NCBI GenBank assembly: GCA_003524085.1
Contig: DOEC01000035.1
Coordinates: 7,796 to 71,795, forward strand
Source: Bacillota bacterium
GTDB taxonomy: Bacteria; Bacillota_I; Bacilli_A; RF39; UBA660
DNA length: 64,000 nucleotides
Direction: 5' to 3'
Shown: positions 9,415-19,414 of the stretch, piece after piece
Layout: every line of letters starts with the position of its first letter
Numbering within the stretch: the stretch's first letter is position 1
Made by a program: the position numbers and the translations under genes
Notes under the pieces: model-generated
The model's database searches: none
What the model was told of the DNA's origin: nothing
The model's input: only the letters and a program-made list of their open reading frames with translations

Positions 9415-9620
9415 AAGTTTTGTTGACAAAAGAGTAGTAATTAACATTTCTTTTATAGAGAGTTAGTGTTAGGTGCAAACTAACAAAGAAAGTTAATGAA
9501 CTTGCTTTTAGAAAAACTTCGCTAGTAAGCGTTATAACTATAAAGATGCATAATACTTTATGAATTAAGGTGGTACCGCTGTAGTTTGCAGTCCTTAAGT
9601 CATAAAGTTTATTTTTTTGA
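9415..9620 (+). promoter_or_regulatory. T-box riboswitch leader (Leu-tRNA sensing) upstream of leuS operon
   Basis: Stem I AGAGA element near 9466; conserved T-box sequence AATTAAGGTGGTACCGC at ~9563-9580; T-run terminator 9607-9617; CUU/CUC codons in the specifier region. Confidence 0.6.
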
Positions 9621-9630
9621 AAGGAGTACT

Positions 9631-9999
9631 ATGAAAGAAAAAATAATAATTAACACGATATACTTTTTAGCCTCATACCTGATTATATTCTTAGTCTATG
9701 TTTTCATTGTCAATAGAAAAAAGAAAACATACGCTGATGCTAAAAAAATGACAGACGTAACATACCTGACTACAAAGTTTAAAATAGATAAAAGAAAAAC
9801 AGACTATAATACCCTGAAGTGGTACATAAACTTTATAAACCCACTCATAATATCAACAACATTTGTAGTAATATCAAATATAAAATCATTCACTATGAGC
9901 TTACTTGTAGGTTTCATAGTAATGTTAGTATTAATTTATTCATTATATGAAATAATAGGAAGAATATTAAAAAAGAAGGAGTTTGATAAAAATGTATAA
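9631..9999 (+). CDS. small membrane protein (3 TM) between T-box leader and leuS
   Basis: RBS GAAAGGAG before ATG 9631 (M16 of ORF 9586); overlaps leuS start. Confidence 0.5.
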   Translation: MKEKIIINTIYFLASYLIIFLVYVFIVNRKKKTYADAKKMTDVTYLTTKFKIDKRKTDYNTLKWYINFINPLIISTTFVVISNIKSFTMSLLVGFIVMLVLIYSLYEIIGRILKKKEFDKNV

Positions 10000-12403
10000 T
10001 TTTGAAGAAATAGAAAAGAAATGGCAAAGTTTTTGGGAAAAAAACCATACTTTTGAAGTGAAAAATGAAGGGGCTAATCCATACTACATACTAGTAGAGT
10101 TCCCATACCCTAGTGGAGAAGGACTTCACGTTGGACACGTAAGAAGCTATACTGCACATGATATAATGGCAAGAATGAAAAGAATGCAAGGATATAACGT
10201 ATTATTTCCAATGGGTTTTGACGCTTTCGGTGCCCCAGCTGAACAATACGCAATTAAAACACACACACATCCAAAAGATGTAACAAACAAAGCTATCTCT
10301 CATTTTAGAAGTCAAATGAAAAGAATAGGTTTTAGTTTTGACTGGAGTAGAGAATTCTCGACAACTGACCCAGAATACTATAAATGGACACAATGGCAAT
10401 TCATACAATTTTTTAAACACAACATGGCCTATAAAGACACAATACCTGTTAACTGGTGTCCAAACTGTAAAATGGTACTTTCAAATGAAGACGCAGCAGG
10501 TGGAGTTTGCGAAAGATGTGGAAGTGCTGTAGAACAAAAAGAAAAAAGTCAGTGGATGCTAAAAATGAGCGAGTACGCAGAAGACTTACTTACTGGACTA
10601 AACGATACTCACTTTGCTGAAAAAGTAAAACTAGGTCAAATAAACTGGATAGGTAAATCTACTGGTGTAGAAGTAGACATAAATATTGTAGGCGGAGGAA
10701 AATTTAGCATATTCACAACTTGTATAGAAACAATATATGGAATAACTTTCTTTGTAATCGCACCAGATGGTAAACTTATTAAAGAACTTATGCCTAGAAT
10801 AGAAAACAAAAATGAAGTAAATGAATACATCAAAGAAACACTAAAAAAATCAAATATGGATAGAACAGAACTAAATAAAGGAAAATCAGGTGTAGAACTA
10901 AAAGGCTTAAAAGCTATAAATCCAGTTAATGGAAAAGAAGTTCCAATATTTATTGGAGACTTTGTATTAGGTTCATATGGTACAGGTGCTGTAATGGCTG
11001 TTCCTAGTCACGATCAAAGAGACTTCGAGTATTCTAAAGTTCACAATATTCCAATGATCCAAGTAATAGACGGTAGAGAAACCACTTCTTCTGCATTTGA
11101 AAAACTTGACTACTTAGGTAAGGGCTGTAAACTTATAAACTCAGAAGAATTTACTGGCTTAACTGTAGAAGAAGCAAAAGAAAAAATCACTAAAAAACTA
11201 GAAAACATGGGTATCGCAAGACGTGTAAACAACTACAAAATGAGAGACTGGATTTTCAGTAGACAAAGATTCTGGGGTGAACCAATTCCAATGATAAACT
11301 GTCCTAAATGCGGATGGGTTCCAATGAAAGAAGAAGATTTACCACTTTTACTTCCAGATGTAGCAGAATATGAGCCTACTGATACAGGAGAAAGTCCACT
11401 TGCAAAAATAACTGACTGGGTTAACACTACATGTCCAGTGTGTGGCACTCCTGCAAAAAGAGAAACAGACACAATGCCACAATGGGCTGGATCTTCTTGG
11501 TATTTCCTAAGATTCATGGATGCACATAACAATAAAGAATTTGCAAGCATGGAAGCAATGAAATACTGGGGAAAAGTAAATTGGTACAACGGTGGAATGG
11601 AACACACAGCAAGACACTTACTTTATGCAAGATTCTGGGTACAAATGCTATACAATTTTGGTCTTGTTCCAAATAAAGAAATGATAGATGTAAGAGTTTC
11701 CCATGGTATGATACTAGGTTCAAACCATGAAAAAATGTCCAAGAGTAAAGGTAACGTAATAAACCCTGATACAGTAGTAAATGAAGTAGGCGCAGACGCT
11801 TTAAGAGTTTATGAAATGTTTATAGGTGACTATCAACAAGATGTATCTTGGTCAACAGACTCGCTAAGAGGTTGCAAACGTTTCTTAGATAGAATATACA
11901 AGTTAGGAGAAAAACTAAGTGATAAAGAAGGTTACACTAACGAAACACTAGTACATCAAACAATTAAAAAAGTAACAGATGACTTAAGTAATCTTAAATT
12001 TAACACAGCAGTATCTCAACTTATGATACTAACAAACGACTTAGATAAAAATGAAACAATAACAAAGAATGACTACAAAATACTTTTAACTTTACTAAAC
12101 CCAATTGCACCACACATTACTGAAGAACTAAACGAAAAATATGCTTTAGGAAAACCAATCTGTGAAAGCTCTTGGCCTACATTCGATGAAGAAAAAACAA
12201 AAGAAAGCACAGTAAATATTGCAGTACAAGTAAATGGTAAATTAAGAGGTACTATGAACGTACCTTCAAAAACAGACAAAGAAGAAACTTTAAGACTTGC
12301 AAAAGAATTAGACAATGTTAAAAAACACTTAGAAAATATTACTATCCTAAAAGAAATAGTAGTACCTAATAAAATAGTAAATATAGTAACAAAACAGAGC
12401 TAA
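9992..12403 (+). CDS. leuS: leucyl-tRNA synthetase
   Basis: HIGH-type motif PYPSGEGLHVGHVRSY; KMSKS; ~800 aa class I LeuRS; start at M4 of ORF 9983 with AAGGAG RBS. Confidence 0.95.
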   Translation: MYNFEEIEKKWQSFWEKNHTFEVKNEGANPYYILVEFPYPSGEGLHVGHVRSYTAHDIMARMKRMQGYNVLFPMGFDAFGAPAEQYAIKTHTHPKDVTNKAISHFRSQMKRIGFSFDWSREFSTTDPEYYKWTQWQFIQFFKHNMAYKDTIPVNWCPNCKMVLSNEDAAGGVCERCGSAVEQKEKSQWMLKMSEYAEDLLTGLNDTHFAEKVKLGQINWIGKSTGVEVDINIVGGGKFSIFTTCIETIYGITFFVIAPDGKLIKELMPRIENKNEVNEYIKETLKKSNMDRTELNKGKSGVELKGLKAINPVNGKEVPIFIGDFVLGSYGTGAVMAVPSHDQRDFEYSKVHNIPMIQVIDGRETTSSAFEKLDYLGKGCKLINSEEFTGLTVEEAKEKITKKLENMGIARRVNNYKMRDWIFSRQRFWGEPIPMINCPKCGWVPMKEEDLPLLLPDVAEYEPTDTGESPLAKITDWVNTTCPVCGTPAKRETDTMPQWAGSSWYFLRFMDAHNNKEFASMEAMKYWGKVNWYNGGMEHTARHLLYARFWVQMLYNFGLVPNKEMIDVRVSHGMILGSNHEKMSKSKGNVINPDTVVNEVGADALRVYEMFIGDYQQDVSWSTDSLRGCKRFLDRIYKLGEKLSDKEGYTNETLVHQTIKKVTDDLSNLKFNTAVSQLMILTNDLDKNETITKNDYKILLTLLNPIAPHITEELNEKYALGKPICESSWPTFDEEKTKESTVNIAVQVNGKLRGTMNVPSKTDKEETLRLAKELDNVKKHLENITILKEIVVPNKIVNIVTKQS

Positions 12404-12426
12404 ATAATTAACTCTGTTTTACTTTT
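12392..12426. terminator. bidirectional hairpin between leuS and convergent RHH gene
   Basis: AAACAGAG-loop-CTCTGTTT, T-rich flank. Confidence 0.45.
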
Positions 12427-12599
12427 GCATTTTCTTCCATATTAGAAAGTGCGTAACTAATACACTGCGATATAAACTCATTACGACTAATCTTAGCTTT
12501 ATAAGACTCTCTATCTATAGTTTCTAATAATTTAGTATCAATTCTCATGCTTATAACAACTTTATCATTACTTCCCTTAGAAGGCACAAATTTTTTCAT
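12408..12599 (-). CDS. ribbon-helix-helix (CopG/Arc-like) DNA-binding protein
   Basis: MKKFVPSKG...VVISMRIDTKLLETIDRES...SRNEFI has an RHH beta-strand/helix pattern; RBS GAGGTG 6 nt before ATG at 12599. Confidence 0.5.
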   Translation of the reverse strand: MKKFVPSKGSNDKVVISMRIDTKLLETIDRESYKAKISRNEFISQCISYALSNMEENAKVKQS

Positions 12600-12673
12600 T
12601 CTATACACCTCTATAACAATTATATTAATAAACCATAATTAAATATATATTCACTTTTGAATACAAAATGTAT

Positions 12674-12702
12674 TTACTTTTTGAATGTATTAAGTTATAA
12701 TT
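12674..12702 (+). promoter_or_regulatory. promoter TTTACT-17nt-TATAAT
   Basis: read directly from the sequence. Confidence 0.4.
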
Positions 12703-12734
12703 TATGTAGATAATATAAGAGAGAGGTAAGATGT

Positions 12735-14222
12735 ATGAAAAACAAACAATTAACATTAGTTGTAGTAAGCCTTTTAGTAGTAGTACTAAGTGTATCACTA
12801 GCATGGTTTACAACTCAAATAATAGGAAAGGGAAAAGATGTAAGTGTAACAAGTGCTAACTTACAAATAGTATTTACAGATAGTGATGGAGCTTTAACAG
12901 AAACTGATATAGAACCAGGCTGGCAAAAAACTAAAACATTTACTATTAAAAATGATACTAAGACAGAATACAAATATAATATAGTAATAAAAGACTTATT
13001 AAATACTTTTGTAACAGAAGGATACTTACAATACAAGATAACTAGTACAAACGATGGATACAATATGACTGAGTTTAAAGATATACCAAAGTCAAGTACA
13101 CCTAAAGATACAATACTAGCTTATAGTGTAGTAATACCTAATGGAGTAACACAAAGTTACACTATTGAATTTAAGTATGCAAACGATGAAAGTGTAGACC
13201 AAAGTGTAGACATGAATAAAAAACTAAGTGGAACACTATTTATAACTGAGGGAACAGAACAACCTACGCTTTTAATTCAATTGCTTGCTGACAAATCAAC
13301 AGTATTAACAAGAACAGACTTTAGTACAGTTTTAACAGATAATAATACAAACACATTATATACTTCTACTGAAGACAGTAAAACAGTATATTATTTTGCA
13401 GGGAATGCAACAGATAACTGGGTAAAGTTTGGAAAGAATGCAAGTAATCAAGACTTATACTGGAGAATAATAAGAACAAACTCAGATGGAAGTGTAAGAT
13501 TACTATATCACGGTACAAGTACAACAGCAACAGACGCATATATAGGAACATCACAATTTAATAGTAGTTATAATAATATAGCATATGTAAGTTATATGTA
13601 TGGAAATTTAGGAAGTGTTGCAAATGCTAGAACTAACCAAACAAACTCTAGTACAATAAAAACAACAATAGATAACTGGTATACAAGCAACTTAGAAGCA
13701 AAAGGTTATACAAAATACTTAAGTACAACAGCAGTATATTGTAATGATAGAACATATACAGTATCTGGAAATGACACATACTTTGGAGCATACACAAGAC
13801 TAAAAACAAATAAAACACCAACATACGACTGTGCAACAACAGAAGACAAATTCACAGCAGATAGTAGTACTGGAAACGGGAAACTAACATATCCAATAGC
13901 ATTAATGACAGCAGACGAAGTAAGTTTTGCAGGTGGACTATACGGTACAAATGCACCAACATGGTATTATAATAGTGCAAACGGAAGCTCTACAGGTAAA
14001 ACTACTTGGTGGTTGTTGTCTCCTAACTATTGGGGTGGCAGCTACACTTACGTGTTCAGCGTGTACGGTTCCTCCGATCCTGGCAACTTGGGCGGCAACG
14101 ACATCCACGACACTTACGGGGTGCGTCCAGCCCTATCATTAAAATCATGTGTGAAATACTCTAGTGGAGATGGCTCAGCAAGTGACCCATACACAATAAA
14201 AGAAACTACAAGTGGATGCTAA
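12735..14222 (+). CDS. secreted Ser/Thr/Asn-rich protein; N-terminal region weakly TasA/camelysin-like; contains a compositionally foreign GC-rich C-terminal segment
   Basis: signal/anchor MKNKQLTLVVVSLLVVVLSVSLAWF; RBS GAGAGGT; 495 aa. Confidence 0.6.
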   Translation: MKNKQLTLVVVSLLVVVLSVSLAWFTTQIIGKGKDVSVTSANLQIVFTDSDGALTETDIEPGWQKTKTFTIKNDTKTEYKYNIVIKDLLNTFVTEGYLQYKITSTNDGYNMTEFKDIPKSSTPKDTILAYSVVIPNGVTQSYTIEFKYANDESVDQSVDMNKKLSGTLFITEGTEQPTLLIQLLADKSTVLTRTDFSTVLTDNNTNTLYTSTEDSKTVYYFAGNATDNWVKFGKNASNQDLYWRIIRTNSDGSVRLLYHGTSTTATDAYIGTSQFNSSYNNIAYVSYMYGNLGSVANARTNQTNSSTIKTTIDNWYTSNLEAKGYTKYLSTTAVYCNDRTYTVSGNDTYFGAYTRLKTNKTPTYDCATTEDKFTADSSTGNGKLTYPIALMTADEVSFAGGLYGTNAPTWYYNSANGSSTGKTTWWLLSPNYWGGSYTYVFSVYGSSDPGNLGGNDIHDTYGVRPALSLKSCVKYSSGDGSASDPYTIKETTSGC

Positions 14223-14328
14223 GATCCCATTAACTTAACTGTGTCTAATGATTAATTTACTAATATAATTACTATAAAGTAACTTAATATTTAATTGATA
14301 ATGTATATAATAAGAAAAACTAGTAAAA

Positions 14329-14365
14329 TACTTTAGCAAAAAGACTAAAGTATTTTTCATTTTTC
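14329..14365 (+). terminator. rho-independent terminator TACTTTAG-loop-CTAAAGTA + TTTTTCATTTTTC
   Basis: read directly from the sequence. Confidence 0.55.
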
Positions 14366-14435
14366 ATGATTCTTTTCTCTGTATCTATATTTTTTTAGCA
14401 AAATATGGTATACTAACAAAATGAGGTGAAATAGT

Positions 14436-17400
14436 ATGTTCGAAAAAGAAAATGATTATGTAACTAATAGAAAAATGTATCTTGATAATAAAGATTACAT
14501 TCTTAAAAGATTTGCTTACTCTGATATCATACGTGGTGAATTAATAACTAGCTATAGTATAGAAGTTACTGATGAACATGACTATCCTGATAAAGGTTAC
14601 ACGGACTACTGTTTTGAAACTAATTCATACTATTATGATGTTGGTAAATATAGACAAGTAATAAGAAAAAATGATGCTGGAGAAATATTATCCTACTCTT
14701 GTAACTGTAGTAACTTTAGAGATACTAATTCATGTGTTCACTTAGTAGGATGTTTTCATAACTATGCATTTTTAATTTTCTATGCTAAACCAGATCCATT
14801 AAAAATATCAAACAATATTTTAGACATACTTTCAAAATCAAATAAACCTGTAGTTAAAAAAGAAGTATTCTTATCAGTTGACATACTATCCTCTTCAATA
14901 GACTTTTATTATGATGTTAAAATAAAAGTAGGTATTAATAAGATGTACTCATACAATAACAAACAAAACCAATTCTTACAGGCGTCAAATAGAAAAGATG
15001 ACGAGTTCACTTTTGGTAAAGATTTTACTTTTGATTTTAACAGCAATTACTTTAGTGAAAAAGCTACAAAAGTATTAAAATACATAAATAGATTTCATCC
15101 TGACTTAAATAAAAACAATTTTGATGATAAAGAAATAAATAATTTTCTAGATTTATTAAAAGAACAAGATTACCCTTTCACATATAATAATCATAACATA
15201 ACTAAAATACTAGAAGAATTTCCTCTTGAAAGTACAGTAGAAGAAATGGATCAAGATAACTACATAGTTAACTTTGATTTAAAAGACTACAAACTAATTA
15301 GTTATAACTATGCATACAATAATTCTAATATTTACTATTTATCTAACAAAGACATATCACTATTATTTTTATTATATAAACAAAATATGTCTAGTTTAAT
15401 CATACCCAAAAATAGATTAAAAGACTTCTCTAGTGGTGTACTTCCAATAATAAAAAAACATGTAGAAGTAAATGAAAACCTAAAAGATAAAATACAAATA
15501 ATTAATGAACCAGATGTATCTTTATACTTTGACTTAAATAAAGATAATGTTATATGTAATATAAAACTAAAATATAATGAAGAAATAGATTACTTTGATA
15601 ACAAAGCTAATGTACTAAGAGATGTGGAATTTGAAACCAATTTAATTAGTTACTTACAAACTTTTGGTTTTATCATAAATAATAAAAAGATTATAATGAA
15701 TGATTTAGATAAAATAGTATATTTAATAGATGAAGGACTAAACTTAATAAGTAAAAAATATCCTGTATACACTACTGAAAACTTTAAAAAACTAGGTTTA
15801 AAGAAAACTAAAGTATCTAGTACATTCTCGATAGGAAAAGATAACATATTAAGTTATGATTTTAATTTAGATGGAATAAGTAATGATGATATAGTAAATA
15901 TATTTAAAAGCATTAAAGAAAAAAAGAAATACTATAAGTTAAGTAATAATCAAATAGTAGATCTAGAAGACAGTGATTTAAATGAATTAATGAATCTAAC
16001 TGAAGAACTAGATATTACTGACGAAGACATAATAAATGCTAAAGGTTCAGTTATGAAATACAGGGCTATTTATTTAGACAGTATTAAAGATAGCAAGTAT
16101 TCTATTATTAAAACAGACAACTTATTTAAAGAGTTTATTAATAACTTTCATCAATATAAAGATGCTAATTTAACTCTTACAGCTGATGAGTTAAAAACAC
16201 TCAGAGACTACCAAATAACCGGTGTAAAATGGCTTTATAACTTAGATAAATGTTCTTTTGGTGGAATACTAGCTGATGAAATGGGTCTTGGTAAAACAAT
16301 ACAACTAATCTACTACATAAAACAAATGTTAAAAGAAGATAATACTTACAAATTCCTAATAGTAGTACCAACTAGCTTACTTTATAACTGGGATAGAGAG
16401 TTTGAAAAATTTGCACCTGATATTCCAGTAAAAATAGTAAATGGTATAAAAACCAAAAGACAAGACTTAATAGAAAATACAAACAAAAATGTCTACATTA
16501 CAACCTATGGTCTATTAAGAGAAGACTTAGAGTACTATGAAAAAATGCACTATCATGCTGTTATATTAGATGAAGCTCAAAACATAAAAAATCCACTAGC
16601 TGGCACAACAAAAGCATGTAAAAGCATGAAAGCAGATGTTAAGTTTGCATTAACAGGAACTCCTATAGAAAACTCAGCTGTTGAATTATGGAGTATATTT
16701 GACTATATCATGCCAGGATACTTATCTAAATATGATAAATTCACTAGTAAATACAAAGTAAAAGAATTTGATGAAGACACAAACAAACTACTTGATAGTT
16801 TATCTAAACAAATAAGTCCATTTATATTAAGAAGAAAAAAGAAAGACGTTATAAAAGAACTTCCTGAAAAAATAGAAACAAATATATTTATAGAGTTAGG
16901 TGATGAACAAAAGAAAATCTATGTAGCAGAACTAAACAAAGTAAAAGAAGCTATTGAAGAAGCCCTAAATGATGGTGGAATGTCTAAAGTTAGATTTATG
17001 ATACTTCCCCTTCTTACGAAACTAAGGCAAATTTGTATAGATCCTAAAATAGTATATAGTGATTATACTAGTGGGTCTAATAAAATAGATAGATTCTTAA
17101 GTGTAATAGAAGAAGTAACAAATAATGGCCATAAAGTACTAGTGTTCACTTCATTTAGAACAGCACTTAACTTAGTAAAAGATAAGCTTGATAGTATTGG
17201 TATAAAGTCATACCAAATAGATGGGTCAGTATCTAGTAAAGAAAGACAAACTAGAGTAGATAACTTTAATAATAATGATGACGTTAAAGTATTCTTAATA
17301 ATGCTAAAAAGTGGTGGAACTGGACTTAACTTAGCTTCTGCTGATATAGTTATTCACCTAGATTTATGGTGGAATCCACAAGCTGAAAACCAAGCAACAG

Positions 17401-17612
17401 ACCGTGCACATAGAATTGGACAAAAAAACACTGTTGAAGTAATAAAATTAGTTTCAAAAGGGACAATTGAAGAAAAAGTACTTGATTTACAAGAAAAGAA
17501 AAAAGAACTAAGTAATAGACTAATAGACTCAAATAACATGGATCAAAACATCATCAGTGAACTAACAGAAAAAGACATCAAAAACTTACTTGCTTTTGAA
17601 AACAAAGACTAA
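14436..17612 (+). CDS. SNF2/SWI2-family helicase with N-terminal SWIM zinc finger
   Basis: SWIM CNCSNFRDTNSCVHLVGCFH; SNF2 motifs LRDYQITGVKWL, ADEMGLGKT, DEAQNIKN; helicase C motifs GGTGLNLASADIV and TDRAHRIGQ. Confidence 0.9.
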   Translation: MFEKENDYVTNRKMYLDNKDYILKRFAYSDIIRGELITSYSIEVTDEHDYPDKGYTDYCFETNSYYYDVGKYRQVIRKNDAGEILSYSCNCSNFRDTNSCVHLVGCFHNYAFLIFYAKPDPLKISNNILDILSKSNKPVVKKEVFLSVDILSSSIDFYYDVKIKVGINKMYSYNNKQNQFLQASNRKDDEFTFGKDFTFDFNSNYFSEKATKVLKYINRFHPDLNKNNFDDKEINNFLDLLKEQDYPFTYNNHNITKILEEFPLESTVEEMDQDNYIVNFDLKDYKLISYNYAYNNSNIYYLSNKDISLLFLLYKQNMSSLIIPKNRLKDFSSGVLPIIKKHVEVNENLKDKIQIINEPDVSLYFDLNKDNVICNIKLKYNEEIDYFDNKANVLRDVEFETNLISYLQTFGFIINNKKIIMNDLDKIVYLIDEGLNLISKKYPVYTTENFKKLGLKKTKVSSTFSIGKDNILSYDFNLDGISNDDIVNIFKSIKEKKKYYKLSNNQIVDLEDSDLNELMNLTEELDITDEDIINAKGSVMKYRAIYLDSIKDSKYSIIKTDNLFKEFINNFHQYKDANLTLTADELKTLRDYQITGVKWLYNLDKCSFGGILADEMGLGKTIQLIYYIKQMLKEDNTYKFLIVVPTSLLYNWDREFEKFAPDIPVKIVNGIKTKRQDLIENTNKNVYITTYGLLREDLEYYEKMHYHAVILDEAQNIKNPLAGTTKACKSMKADVKFALTGTPIENSAVELWSIFDYIMPGYLSKYDKFTSKYKVKEFDEDTNKLLDSLSKQISPFILRRKKKDVIKELPEKIETNIFIELGDEQKKIYVAELNKVKEAIEEALNDGGMSKVRFMILPLLTKLRQICIDPKIVYSDYTSGSNKIDRFLSVIEEVTNNGHKVLVFTSFRTALNLVKDKLDSIGIKSYQIDGSVSSKERQTRVDNFNNNDDVKVFLIMLKSGGTGLNLASADIVIHLDLWWNPQAENQATDRAHRIGQKNTVEVIKLVSKGTIEEKVLDLQEKKKELSNRLIDSNNMDQNIISELTEKDIKNLLAFENKD

Positions 17613-17640
17613 ACTACGCAGAGATGCGTAGTTTTTATTT
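17613..17640 (+). terminator. rho-independent terminator ACTACGCA-GAGA-TGCGTAGT + TTTTTATTT
   Basis: read directly from the sequence. Confidence 0.7.
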
Positions 17641-17879
17641 AAATTTAACTAAATTAGTAAATATTTCACCATTGAAATAATTTATTATCTATGGTAGAAT
17701 AAGTAAAAAAATGATAATGAAAGGAAAAATAAATGAGTGAAAAAGAAATATTAGAGTAAATTAGTTTTATTGAGAGAAAAGGATAATCAACAATTTTTAG
17801 AAATAACAAAAGAAGAACAACAAGTTTTAAGTAGAGATGAAAAAGTAAAAATATCTCGGTATTAACTGAAAGACTAAAC

Positions 17880-18308
17880 TTGATGGATTATATATATGAT
17901 AAACTAATAACGTATACAACTAATGTGTTTAAATATTATGGTGGTATTGGTAAAAAAATACTTAAAAATTATGAAACTCAAACAAAAGATATAATTGAAA
18001 AAGGCGAAAATAAGATTATAGCAGCAACTGGATCTTACATAGGAGAGGGGTTTGATGACTCAAAACTTGATGTGTTATTTCTAACCATGCCTATATCTGA
18101 TCAAACGAGAGTTACACAGTATGCTGGAAGATTACATAGAAGAGATGATAACAAAAAAGAGATTTTAATTTATGATTATGTAGACGACAACTTTGAAAAA
18201 ACTAGAAATATGTTTTTTAAAAGGAAAAAGACATATGAAAAATTAGGATACGAAATATTGAATGAAGAGGAGCAAGTTAGACATATCATAAACATAAAAG
18301 TAAGATAA
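17880..18308 (+). pseudogene. C-terminal helicase-domain fragment of an SF2 (DEAD/DEAH, res-subunit-like) helicase; upstream part degraded
   Basis: motifs ATGSYIGEGFD, DVLFLTMP, QYAGRLHR (helicase motifs V/VI) in a 142-aa ORF; 240 bp upstream contains only short stop-interrupted fragments. Confidence 0.5.
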
Positions 18309-18398
18309 ATTGTCACAACTAGGAAGTTGTTACTATTCTCTTTCTAAGTGACTATTGATAATTTTTTTGATAAAATATCTTTAGGTGATGTGAAATAT

Positions 18399-19307
18399 AT
18401 GAAATGTTTATTATTAGGTAATGGTCTTAACATAGCTAATCATAATGATTATTTAATGATAGATAATGTTAGAACAAGATTCTTATCTATCTTAAAATCA
18501 AAATATAAGCTATTTGAGAAATGTTTATACATAGATAGTTTAAACTATGAAGATTTAAAAGATAGTATTTTAAAAGATAATAATGGAATTGAACAATTAT
18601 CCGGAAACTTGTTTGATTACTTTTACAACTTATTAAAAATAAATAATAAATTTTGTTGGAATGATTGTTTTCGATTAATTGAACTTATCGCTTCTATTTC
18701 AATCGAATCCTTATTCATTGTTGATGGAAAATATAAAAAACCAATAATTTCGATTGATTACGAGAATAAAATAAAAAAATATGATAAAGTTTTTACGCTT
18801 AATTACGTTGAAGATTGGGATAAAGAAAATAAATGCATTTATTTACATGGTAACATTAATAATTACTTATCTAACTATAGAGGACAAAATATTATTTCAA
18901 ATATTTTAAAATATTCATTACATTTGGAAGCAATCCCTACAAATTATTTAGAATTAGATTTTAGTGACATTATATTTATTCCGGATAATAAAATTGTTGA
19001 TAAACATAGTTATGTGGGTGAAGGATTATTTTGTGGTAAGTGTGGATTACCTGTTTATCCTTCAGATGACCTTTTTCTTGATAGTGGTAAAGGTGATATA
19101 TATGAAAAACTCAACCATGTTGAATATATAGACATTTTCGGAATGTCTCCATATGGTGATAAATCTCTAATAGATAAAATATCGTATATTAAAAACGTTA
19201 CTATTTATGTTCATAATATGAATAGTGACGAAATAAAAGAATGGAAAAAATATTTGTCAAATGCAAAATTTAAAGATTCAAAAGAATTTATAACTGCAAA
19301 TAATTAA
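18399..19307 (+). CDS. hypothetical protein, possibly AbiH-like abortive-infection family
   Basis: N-terminus MKCLLLGNGLNIANHNDY resembles the AbiH signature (hh-GNG-F/L-D/N-hA); RBS AGGTGATG 8 nt before ATG 18399. Confidence 0.4.
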   Translation: MKCLLLGNGLNIANHNDYLMIDNVRTRFLSILKSKYKLFEKCLYIDSLNYEDLKDSILKDNNGIEQLSGNLFDYFYNLLKINNKFCWNDCFRLIELIASISIESLFIVDGKYKKPIISIDYENKIKKYDKVFTLNYVEDWDKENKCIYLHGNINNYLSNYRGQNIISNILKYSLHLEAIPTNYLELDFSDIIFIPDNKIVDKHSYVGEGLFCGKCGLPVYPSDDLFLDSGKGDIYEKLNHVEYIDIFGMSPYGDKSLIDKISYIKNVTIYVHNMNSDEIKEWKKYLSNAKFKDSKEFITANN

Positions 19308-19414
19308 AAACAGTGTTTTGTATTTGTATGAAAAATAATACTATAATACATAAAAAAGAAAATATTTCATTTATTAAAATGAAATGCACTAACTTTTTGA
19401 ACGGAGGAAATAAA

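Noticed and set aside
10202-12315. Multiple short antisense ORFs inside leuS (10202-10420, 10636-10833, 11233-11723, 12073-12315)
   Set aside because: Antisense to a high-confidence essential gene; no translational signals
13927-14142. Plus-strand ORF 13927-14142 (MQVDYTVQ..)
   Set aside because: Alternate frame inside gene 12735-14222 created by the GC-rich patch; no RBS
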